DNA of 64,000 nt from Octopus bimaculoides (Eukaryota): positions 99,411,360-99,475,359 of the forward strand of contig NC_068986.1 in NCBI RefSeq assembly GCF_001194135.2. Reading direction: 5' to 3'. Positions 1 through 10,589 of the stretch are shown piece by piece; position 1 is the first letter of the stretch; every line of letters starts with the position of its first letter. The notes beneath the pieces were generated by a model, which saw nothing but the letters and a program-made list of their open reading frames with translations, searched no databases and was not told the origin of the DNA. The position numbers and the translations under genes are program-made.

Positions 1-451
1 AATCATAAATATACAGGGATTAGCTTGAGTTGCTTCTCCAACATACTGAAAATTTAGAAATAGCAGTCAAAGAACTACTGATCCAAACTACAAATTTTTT
101 CTCTAACGGATGACGATATTTATGGCACACATAGAACAAAAAACAGAAGAGAAAAACAAAACCTGCCTTTGGTTAATTGGATACGACGTTTCACGGTTAA
201 GAGTATGAAGTTACTCTATTCCGCTCTTCAGCCCAATATTCTGATAAATTTGAAAGTGTCTCTAATTTTGGCCATGCGACACCAAAAACCAACGTGGGGA
301 AGGCACTTACACTTGGAGAAGCAACTCAAGCTAATCCCTGTATATTTATGATTATAAATGGTTTTACGGATAAAGGTTTTTTCATACTGAACTACTTGGC
401 AAAATTGTTAATTATTAATTTTATTACTAATTGACGATTCCCTGCCCTATA

Positions 452-454
<3 letters not shown>

Positions 455-520
<66 letters not shown>
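455..520. repeat. (TA)n microsatellite
   Basis: Direct TA run immediately left of the foldback at 527. Confidence 0.95.
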
Positions 521-521
<1 letters not shown>

Positions 522-526
522 CAATT

Positions 527-694
527 GAAAATTTCTATTTGTAAATCTCTCAACTAGAGATATTCAATAACAGTACTCCAGAGAAAAAGATTATTTGCCA
601 ACGCATGGTGGCACGTTATATTAGAAAATAATCTTTACTCTAGAGTACTGTTACTGAATGTTTCTCGTTGAGAGATTTACAAATAGAAATTTTC
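527..694. mobile_element. Foldback/MITE-like element with about 70-bp inverted arms
   Basis: Arms 527-596 and 626-694 are reverse complements (about 6 mismatches and 1 gap by hand) around a 29-nt loop. Confidence 0.7.
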
Positions 695-735
695 TATTTT
701 ATTAGATCAGTAACTGTGTGTCATTTTGAAAACTC

Positions 736-879
736 TATATTTCGAACAAGAACTTAGCAGCACCACCTTTAGCCGAACAGTTATTCTGTGCCGGTGAAGG
801 AAATAACCCAGAAATCGTGATACATAGACATTGCTTTGTTGCTGAGTGGAGATGCTAAACTTCCTTGTTCGAAAATATA
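736..879. mobile_element. Short foldback element with about 25-bp inverted ends
   Basis: tatatttcgaacaagaacttagca (736-759) pairs imperfectly with tgctaaacttccttgttcgaaaatata (853-879). Confidence 0.55.
785..828 (+). ncRNA. Decayed minimal type I hammerhead ribozyme-like motif
   Basis: Helix I tctgtg/cataga, core CCGGTGA (canonical CTGANGA), stem II gg/cc, GAAA, helix III atc-gt-gat, cleavage triplet ATA. Confidence 0.4.
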
Positions 880-997
880 AGGACACAGATAGTGTGCTGC
901 ATAGCCAGGTGGAGAGGATTTACCCTGTGGCTAAATAACAGTAACATTCGACTGCTACGTTAAGTAGGCAAATAATCTTTACACTATATATATATTA

Positions 998-1139
998 TAG
1001 TGGGGTAGGCCGGTTTATGGGGATACCCTTGGTTTCTCGCTCATAAGGGGTTTAGCCTTACGGCATATCTTCAGATCCCAAACACTGCTGGCCTGCAGAG
1101 AGACCCAGGGTTACCTCATAAACCGGCCTACTACACTAC
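998..1139. mobile_element. MITE-like foldback with 35-bp TIRs and TA ends
   Basis: 998-1032 versus the reverse complement of 1105-1139: 29/35 identical. Confidence 0.75.
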
Positions 1140-1519
1140 GATATTAACTGCTCTACATCTTAGCGTGTACTTCTCCGGATTTATGCATTTCCTTATCTGT
1201 ATCTTTCAATACATCTCAGCGCTCCTAAAGCAAACTTTGTTCACTTTCAACATAAGTTGAATTTAACGTACGATAGCGTCTTATAAACTAGAATCATATA
1301 TCCTATATTTGCAGAAATATTTGTCGTTGGGGAAGTTTAGCTTAATGGTAAAGCACTTAACGCGTAATCACAGGGATGTGATTGAGTATGCTTATTTTTT
1401 AGTATTTGAACTGTGTGTATGTGTGTTAATATTCATAGTTACATTCCATTAAAATATATGAAACTCCTTAAATATGCGGAAATTTGTGTACATATATGCA
1501 TACATACTTACTTAGATTT

Positions 1520-1637
1520 ATAATTACATACATTCAAACATACATACATACATACATACATACATTCATTCATACATACATACATACATGCATACATACA
1601 TACATACATACATACATACATACATACATACATTCAT
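1520..1637. repeat. (TACA)n microsatellite running into an assembly gap
   Basis: Direct tetranucleotide run. Confidence 0.95.
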
Positions 1638-1957
1638 NNNNNNNNNNNNNNNNNNNNNNNNNNNNNNNNNNNNNNNNNNNNNNNNNNNNNNNNNNNNNNN
1701 NNNNNNNNNNNNNNNNNNNNNNNNNNNNNNNNNNNNNNNNNNNNNNNNNNNNNNNNNNNNNNNNNNNNNNNNNNNNNNNNNNNNNNNNNNNNNNNNNNTC
1801 TTCATAATAACAATATTTAAAATATTTGCACACATATAATAGTTATTGCTGTCATTTTCTGTCTCTCTCTTCCTTTCTGTATTTATGCATATTTATACCT
1901 CTGTGTGTGTGTATGTGTGTGTGTGTGTATGTATGTATTTATGTATGTGTGTAGAAC

Positions 1958-2175
1958 ATGCATTAAAAATTCCCGGACTACTGATTAATAAAAAATAACT
2001 TATCAAATTTCTAACATCATCTCCTTCGAAATAGTCACCTTGCGCAGCAATACACCGGTTTCCAGCATGGAATCCAGCCTGGAAGTTGTTTTCCGTAAGC
2101 GAATCGTGAACCTTCCGCCCTGGATCTCGACTACGATGTTAAAACGGCAACCTTTGAGCTGCATTTTTATGCCAA
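1958..2175 (-). mobile_element. Mariner transposon 3' end fragment (transposase C-terminus, 3' UTR, TIR remnant)
   Basis: The minus strand translates, with a frameshift, to KMQLKGCRFNIVVEIQ and LTENNFQAGFHAGNRCIAAQGDYFEGD, typical of a mariner C-terminus. Confidence 0.8.
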
Positions 2176-2539
2176 ATAAACACACGCACTAAATATTCGT
2201 TGTTCACTTCAGATATAGTGCGTGTGTTTATTTGGAAAAAATAAATGATCAACTCGAGATCTAATTTACGGTTTTTTGCATTTACTTAACTTTTCTAATT
2301 AAGAGGAACCAAAACAGCAATAGATTTGGTGCAGCAAAATACAAGTACAAATGCTAAACCCTGGCGAAGTGAACCCTAGCCGTTACATGCAAGAGAGTAT
2401 GAGCTTGTGGAACGTACTATGTTTCTGATAATTGTTTTAAGTGCTTATTTTGGTGTGTGCAAACACACACGCCTCCTTTGGTCACCCCAACTGAACATCT
2501 AGCATGTAACAGAAGAGAGGGCTGCACCAGCTCTCGACT

Positions 2540-2640
2540 GGTTGCAATTTCAGCTGTATAGACGTGAGCACCATGAAATAAAGTGTTTTGCTGAAGAACA
2601 CAACATACCACCTGGTACAGTGGTACCAAGTGGGAAACTA
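2540..2640 (-). mobile_element. Degenerate SINE-C fragment
   Basis: gtgagcaccatgaaataaagtgttttgctgaagaacacaac resembles the reverse complement of the SINE-C body at 37216-37260. Confidence 0.45.
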
Positions 2641-3398
2641 ATCACACTAGTGAGGTGCCGTAGAAATATAGAGTCGGATAATTTGTTATATATGTAGCTA
2701 TAAACGAGAATCATTCCATATGGTTACAAACCAAGAGATATGAAAGTAAGGTAAAGGTCTTGTGTTTATAAAAATATTAATGTTTTAAAAAGGTTTGTGG
2801 AGGATACGGGTTGATAATGGCAGGTGAACCGAAAGAGTTAAATAAAACTAAAAATCTAATTATAGTTAAGACAAACGTAGACAAAGAGTAATCAAATAAC
2901 AGAAAAAGAAAAGAGAGAGTTGAATGGTAAACAAACTTCGTAGAGCCAAAAGGAATATACAGAGAACTCGTTTCTGAGTAGATTAATAATTAAAGATGTC
3001 ATTATATCTTTAAGTTAAGACAGAGGTAGATGAAGGATAAAAGATATTCGAAAATGGATGATAAGATGAGTGACTTCAATTGTAAACAAGCATGGAAATG
3101 CCAGAAGGAATACAAAGACAAGGTCTATTTTGTGTGGATTTTAGAGTCAAACGTAGAGAAACATAAGCTCGTTTTCATTTAAATTAATCATAGATCGAGT
3201 GATGGTAATGGTTATAAATCAATACATTTATGTATATATATATATATATATTTAAAAATAGGATAAAATCTTTATAAGAATTTATCAAGTAGTCAACATG
3301 AAAAACCTCATAAGGGAAAGATTTTTAATTATTCCCTTTAAATATATATTAAGGGCATTACTATACATAAATGCCCTTAATATATATATATATATATA

Positions 3399-4313
3399 TT
3401 GGGTCATCCCATAAGTAATGCGGTCTTTTTAATTGTATGAAATAAAAATCAGAGGAGGACGGGATAATTTACCTAAATCAACTTGCTATAAAAGCAGGCA
3501 GAAAATTTCCCTTTTACTTATTCTTAGTGCAAGTTCTGAAGAGTGTAGTTCGATTTTAACAGTTATTTTTTCAACGCTATAATGGAAGTGACAAAGGTGC
3601 ATATTCGGCATATTTTGCTTTATGAGTTCAATAAAGGCAACAACGCAACGGAAAGTGGGTGAAATGCAGTATATGGAGATCGGACAATAAGCGCAAGCCA
3701 GTGTCAACCGTGGTTCCAGAAATTCCGAACCGGAAACTACAGCCTAGAAGACTAGTCTCGTCCTGGAAGAGCTGTAGAGCTCGACAAGGACGTCCTGCAA
3801 ACCCTGGTGGTACAAAATCTCATCATAACTGTTGAGGAACTAGCAGAGAAGCTTGGATTTGGTCATTCAACCAGTCATTAAAGTCAGCACTAGAAGAAAA
3901 ACGATCATGTTTGGTTTCAAGACGAAAGGTGTTCTTCCATCAGGATAATTCTCGACCACATACAGAATGGATGACATTCTAAAGGCTGGAGCAGTTTGAA
4001 TGAGAAGCGATGCCCACCCACCATATTCGCCGGACATTGCCCCATCTGATTATCATTTATTCCACAGTCTTCAAAATCATTTGGATCGAAAAAATATGAA
4101 TTCTGTAGACGAGGTCAGAACAGTACTGGATGAGTATCTTTCGTCACGGACAAGTGAATTTTGGAAGAGGGGCCTTGCAAGGCTACCAGATAGATGGAAG
4201 AGCATTGTAGAAAATACAGGAGAGTATATTTTAGATTAAAAAAGAACTTTATCTTAATTTTGAAAAATAAAAAAAAGTATAAAAAAACCCCGCATTATTT
4301 ATGGATGACCCAA
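3399..4313 (+). mobile_element. Internally deleted mariner element with both TIRs and TA TSD
   Basis: Left TIR ttgggtcatcccataagtaatgcgg, right TIR reverse complement ttgggtcatccataaataatgcgg, TA on both sides; 915 bp versus about 1.3 kb for a full mariner. Confidence 0.92.
3582..4239 (+). pseudogene. Mariner DD34D transposase pseudogene
   Basis: MEVTKVHIRHILLYEFNKG HTH region with stops, then HQDNSRPH and HPPYSPDIAPSDYHLF to ENTGEYILD*. The WVPHEL and first catalytic D region is missing, with a junction near 3872. Confidence 0.88.
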
Positions 4314-4354
4314 TATACGCACATATGTACATATAGATATATATATTTTATATG

Positions 4355-4850
4355 TTGTCTTTTACTGATTTCAGCCAAAGGCTGGGCCCTGCTGAAGCAT
4401 TGCTTATCAGTGTGTTTGGGTTTCCTCTCTCTACTACTTTTGGTGAGGTAGCGAGTTGGACGATGTCCTTCTTTTATGTGCCTCCTGCAGCGATGTCGGT
4501 TCATCTGGTATTTCAGATAAAACTTTGTTCAGACGTTCTTTGAAGACCCCCATATCTACACCTCGCATTTTCTATATGTATACTAGTGCATCAATGACCA
4601 ATATTACATCTTTCTCTTTTATGTCGATTTAATCGATGGCTGCCTCTCCCATGTAGATCTGCTGTGTTGAAGACTCTGCAGGCTTGCTTATTTGTATGTT
4701 TCCAAGGGAGAGGTGTAGACAATCTGGAATTGTTTATTTAACAATTTACTTATCCCTCTGAGGTTTGCCGCTAGCGGCCCTATCTTGTAGAGTCCTGAAG
4801 TAGGTTCTTTCGTAAATTTGTAGAAGGTTTTGAGATTCACTTTTTGTATA
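4355..4850 (-). mobile_element. 3' end of an L2/CR1-group LINE
   Basis: The minus strand reads LYKIGPLAANL and KMRGVDMGVFKERLNKVLSEIPDEPTSLQEAHKRRTSSNSLPHQK*, matching the FK..LD.FL..VPDEP...SNSL C-terminus of CR1/L2-group ORF2, followed by a short 3' UTR. Confidence 0.7.
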
Positions 4851-4866
4851 CACACACACACACACA

Positions 4867-4914
<48 letters not shown>

Positions 4915-5495
4915 NNNNNNNNNNNNNNNNNNNNNNNNNNNNNNNNNNNNNNNNCAGACACACACACACAGACACACAGACACACACACGCGCACACACA
5001 CACACACATACACATACACACACACACACACAAACATATATGTATTATTTCAAAGGATTCGTTTAGGACCGAAGTACATCATCGTGTTAGACGCCACCAT
5101 TTGGCTTGACAGAATCACACAGATCAGACAGTGAATTAATCCATCTCCATATGCATCAATTATACCGACTGGATGCAGTTGTTAGGTAATTCTCGGTTGC
5201 AATCATTTACCAATGATACAATGATACAATTGTTTCGATAGAAATTTATTTACTCCAATCATAACAGATTAAATCATATCACATAAATCTTCAGCCTCAT
5301 CAGGCATTATTTTAAAACTTACTGATCATGACATAGCCTACTAATTTTTACTAATCTACTAACTGAGATCAGTCGGCTATATCATGGCTAAATTTAAATA
5401 ACGCGTGATGAGATTGGAGATTTATATATTTACACACACAGACACAGACAGACAGACACACGTACATATATGTATATGTGTGTATAAATATATTA

Positions 5496-5847
5496 GTCTG
5501 TGGAGGCGCAATGGACCAGTGGTTAGGGCAGCGGACTCGCGGTCATAGGATCGCGGTTTCGATTCCCAGAGCGAGCGTTGTGAGTGTTTATTGAGCGAAA
5601 ACACCTAAAGTTCCACGAGGCTCCGGCAGGGGATGGTGGCGAACCCTGCTGTATTCTTCCACCACAACTTTCTCTCATTCTTACTTCCTGTTTCTGTTGT
5701 ACCTGTATTTCAAAGGGCCAGCCTTGTCACACTCTGTGTCACGCTGAATATCCCCGAGAACTACGTTAAGGGTACACGTGTCTGTGGAGTGCTCAGCCAC
5801 TTGCATGTTAATTTCACGAGCAGGCTGTTCCGTTGATCGGATTAACT
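5496..5847 (+). mobile_element. tRNA-derived SINE, head A plus tail X (3' end lost in a gap)
   Basis: A-box and B-box-like head (tggaccagtggttag, ggtttcgattcc); near-identical to the 15171-15532 copy. Confidence 0.9.
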
Positions 5848-8591
5848 NNNNNNNNNNNNNNNNNNNNNNNNNNNNNNNNNNNNNNNNNNNNNNNNNNNNN
5901 NNNNNNNNNNNNNNNNNNNNNNNNNNNNNNNNNNNNNNNNNNNNNNNNNNNNNNNNNNNNNNNNNNNNNNNNNNNNNNNNNNNNNNNNNNNNNNNNNNNN
6001 NNNNNNNNNNNNNNNNNNNNNNNNNNNNNNNNNNNNNNNNNNNNNNNNNNNNNNNNNNNNNNNNNNNNNNNNNNNNNNNNNNNNNNNNNNNNNNNNNNNN
6101 NNNNNNNNNNNNNNNNNNNNNNNNNNNNNNNNNNNNNNNNNNNNNNNNNNNNNNNNNNNNNNNNNNNNNNNNNNNNNNNNNNNNNNNNNNNNNNNNNNNN
6201 NNNNNNNNNNNNNNNNNNNNNNNNNNNNNNNNNNNNNNNNNNNNNNNNNNNNNNNNNNNNNNNNNNNNNNNNNNNNNNNNNNNNNNNNNNNNNNNNNNNN
6301 NNNNNNNNNNNNNNNNNNNNNNNNNNNNNNNNNNNNNNNNNNNNNNNNNNNNNNNNNNNNNNNNNNNNNNNNNNNNNNNNNNNNNNNNNNNNNNNNNNNN
6401 NNNNNNNNNNNNNNNNNNNNNNNNNNNNNNNNNNNNNNNNNNNNNNNNNNNNNNNNNNNNNNNNNNNNNNNNNNNNNNNNNNNNNNNNNNNNNNNNNNNN
6501 NNNNNNNNNNNNNNNNNNNNNNNNNNNNNNNNNNNNNNNNCACACACACACACACACACACACTATCAGAAGTGTACAGTATTATATAACTAATCTTGCC
6601 AATCTGTTTTGCGCTAGGGGTACAACAAAGTGTTAGGTAGCAATCCGATTATATAACCCCACGCTCATCAGAGGTAGCCGATATGGCATGAAATATGGTG
6701 ACTACTCTCTCTCTATATATATGGAGTTAGAGGGCAAACATATGAACGTAACTCTCGTGCGTTTCCTACTGGCTCTGTTTGTTTATCTCCTTTCTTCTTC
6801 GCTTCCTGTTTGTTCTGGACTTTTCTTTAGTATAAAAATTATAACTGTTACTGTATAATTTTTACTCTTTCTTTTCTTTGAGCTTCAACACATTAATATT
6901 AATTCTGAACATCTCTTGTACTGTTGCTATTGGTATTTACTTTTTGCTTTCTCTCTGTTTATATACATATACATATATTTAAATATGCGTGTGAGTGTGA
7001 GTGTGAGTGTGTGTGCGAGCGGGCGTGTATGTATATATGTTACTGCTAAAGATAGTTTAAGCCGATTAAGTATATAGATGCAAATGACTGCTCTTGGATT
7101 TACTGCCAAGTAATAATGTGGAGTTTAACGACCTGTTATTGAGCTCTTATTTACTGTGGAATTGTTTTCTGATCTTCATACTTCAATTTTCTATGTATGT
7201 ATGTATGTATGTATGTATGTATGTATGTATGTATGTATGTATGTATGTACACATGCATGTATGTATGTATGTATCTATCGATCTGTCTATCTACTTTATA
7301 ACTAAACCTGTATAAACTTTTCTTTTAATTATTCGCATTTATATCAATCTTCATTGAAAAGGAATCTCTATTTGAGTTCTATACGAATGGAGTTTATTTC
7401 TACTTACACTTGTCTTCCTAAAATCGACAGAAAGGGAGATGCTGCCTCTTTTCGCCTTCCGGCCATTCCAGGCTTGTTTACAGTTCGACTCAGTCACCGA
7501 ATTATCCAATTATCCTTTCACGTAAAAATAATTACACCCTTAATTTTAAATCCACTCCGAAGAGAAACAGTTCACTTAGATTCTACGAGTTTTGTTTACC
7601 ACTGCATTCTCTCTCGTCTAATTATTTAATTATACAGTGATATAAAGTGTAATTATATATGTAATTTCATCATACTTTTGCGCTACAGTATGATAAGCTA
7701 CAGTACACCACCAATCTTTAAACATAAAGATTATAGTGGAAAACGTCTATTTTACACGGCTTCTAGTGTGGTACTTGGAGAGCGAAGCTGGTAGTAACGG
7801 TGGCTTTATGAAGCTACTGCTTTATGTTTAGTTTTTCAGTTACATCATTGTTTTGATAGGTGTATAAAATGTTTGCTCTTCAAACGTTTATCAAAAATGG
7901 AATGCAGGGGGCTCTTTTTTGTCACATCTGTAGTTTCTTATGAACAACTTTGCAAGATATTAATATACGAAGTATATTAATATTTAAGATATTAATATGC
8001 TTAGTATATTAATAATTAATATATTTGCAAGCACAAATCTTTTCCTTTACGTTCATATCAACTGGTTTATGAACATATTTGTTATTCTTTATGACCGCTT
8101 AAGTAGACTTTTTAGAATCATTAACTATGTTTTCCCTTTCTTAATATTTTGATACGGCCGTCTTCAATTTTTAACTGAGTTTTCACTACAAAGATCATAG
8201 AATTAATTTCTTCACCCTTTCTTCGTATTAGTGTTTTCCGCTATTAATCTAACACCATCTCGTTTCGTGACAATACACACATACATACATACATACATAC
8301 ATATAAACATACATACATACATACATACATACATACATACATGCATACATGCATACATATACACACATACATATATATGATAATATATACCATATACATT
8401 CATTAATACACACAAAACACACGCACTCACTCACACATACGCACAAACACAGACATATACATACTACATATAGTGATTTCGAAGTTTAGAAATGTCCAAT
8501 GATTGCTCTGCTCTCGCTGTCAATACAATTATCGATTGCTATTTCCAGTAAATATTGGTGCAGTGTTATACCACTATTCTATATTTATATA

Positions 8592-8626
<35 letters not shown>

Positions 8627-9789
8627 NNNNNNNNNNNNNNNNNNNNNNNNNNNNNNNNNNNNNNNNNNNNNNNNNNNNNNNNNNNNNNNNNNNNNNNNNN
8701 NNNNNNNNNNNNNNNNNNNNNNNNNNNNNNNNNNNNNNNNNNNNNNNNNNNNNNNNNNNNNNNNNNNNNNNNNNNNNNNNNNNNNNNNNNNNNNNNNNNN
8801 NNNNNNNNNNNNNNNNNNNNNNNNNNNNNNNNNNNNNNNNNNNNNNNNNNNNNNNNNNNNNNNNNNNNNNNNNNNNNNNNNNNNNNNNNNNNNNNNNNNN
8901 NNNNNNNNNNNNNNNNNNNNNNNNNNNNNNNNNNNNNNNNNNNNNNNNNNNNNNNNNNNNNNNNNNNNNNNNNNNNNNNNNNNNNNNNNNNNNNNNNNNN
9001 NNNNNNNNNNNNNNNNNNNNNNNNNNNNNNNNNNNNNNNNNNNNNNNNNNNNNNNNNNNNNNNNNNNNNNNNNNNNNNNNNNNNNNNNNNNNNNNNNNNN
9101 NNNNNNNNNNNNNNNNNNNNNNNNNNNNNNNNNNNNNNNNNNNNNNNNNNNNNNNNNNNNNNNNNNNNNNNNNNNNNNNNNNNNNNNNNNNNNNNNNNNN
9201 NNNNNNNNNNNNNNNNNNNNNNNNNNNNNNNNNNNNNNNNNNNNNNNNNNNNNNNNNNNNNNNNNNNNNNNNNNNNNNNNNNNNNNNNNNNNNNNNNNNN
9301 NNNNNNNNNNNNNNNNNNNNNNNNNNNNNNNNNNNNNNNNNNNNNNNNNNNNNNNNNNNNNNNNNNNNNNNNNNNNNNNNNNNNNNNNNNNNNNNNNNNN
9401 NNNNNNNNNNNNNNNNNNNNNNNNNNNNNNNNNNNNNNNNNNNNNNNNNNNNNNNNNNNNNNNNNNNNNNNNNNNNNNNNNNNNNNNNNNNNNNNNNNNN
9501 NNNNNNNNNNNNNNNNNNNNNNNNNNNNNNNNNNNNNNNNNNNNNNNNNNNNNNNNNNNNNNNNNNNNNNNNNNNNNNNNNNNNNNNNNNNNNNNNNNNN
9601 NNNNNNNNNAGTAGTGACAGGTAGAGGCGAAGAACAGTAGAGGGAAGAATGAGAGGGGGAGATAGAAATAGAGAGAGTCGCGTTAGAAAAATAGTTAAAA
9701 CTTACTGTATAAAGGTAACGCGTGCGTTCTGTCGTGATACAAACAATATATGAGTATATACATATATATGTACATGTATGTATATACGT

Positions 9790-10060
9790 TCATCTACATG
9801 TTTATGTCCAAAGGTTTTCTTGGGAGTACATAATTACTGTATCGTTCATGTTCGGTGGTGCCGGTTGGGAGTGAAGATATCTGAACCTTGTTTTTCTTGG
9901 TTTCTAACCAGAGTTCCGTGTCTAAAACTGGTAACCTATAGTTGGGGTGCTTGTTAGGATAGTCAATCGTTACTTTGTTACTCTGGTGGATAGAGGTAGC
10001 TATTTGTTGGATGCTCTCCATAGTGTTTGAAAAACATTCACAAAAATTCGTTGGAACCTG
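9790..10060 (-). mobile_element. Penelope-like element RT C-terminal fragment
   Basis: ORF 9794-10102 contains TMESIQQIATSIHQSNKVTIDYPNKHPNYRLPVLDTELW, resembling the IANSI...T.D.PS.H...LPVLD..W motif of PLE RTs. Confidence 0.6.
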
Positions 10061-10589
10061 AATAAAATAACAACAACGACACAAACGGCCATAACAACAC
10101 AAGCAACAATAATAATACCTCTGAACACCTTGACTATAACAACAACTTCAACAACAGCGACAACAACAACAGAGTAGCTGCCTGGGTAGGTGGCGTTGCT
10201 GAATTCGCCGTTCGAAGATATATAGTTTTCGCAGTGACACACAGTCACTGATCTAATAAAATAGAAATATTATTTCTAAACCTCTCAAAGAGAGATAATA
10301 TATTTATATATATTACCATTGAAGCTAACACCATTCCGCTTCTAAAAGTATACATAAAGCTGAATATAGTATTTAACAAATTGAGAGTCTAGTTTGTTAG
10401 TTAATAGAGACTAATTTGTTATTTCAGACAGGTTGTGGGCAAATTTAAAAGATTAATTTCGCTGGATCCTGCTATTAGTGAGATGCATGTGGTCTTTGGT
10501 AGTGATGACAATGATGTTGATTGCAATGCAGTTGTTCTCGAATTTTAACCGAGTTTAGTCCTGTCTGAAGAAATGTGTGACGAAAAGCA

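Noticed and set aside
2680-3230. Possible decayed retroelement coding region on the minus strand
   Set aside because: I could not recover ordered diagnostic motifs.
5295-5305. CTGATGA heptamers here (minus strand), at about 31356, 44080 (minus strand) and 55285
   Set aside because: There is no correctly placed stem II plus GAAA plus helix III, so I did not count them as hammerheads.
5496-5580. tRNA genes at SINE heads (also 15450-15532, 33119, 37144, 48796)
   Set aside because: There are A and B boxes but no complete cloverleaf or acceptor stem, and each continues into a SINE body.
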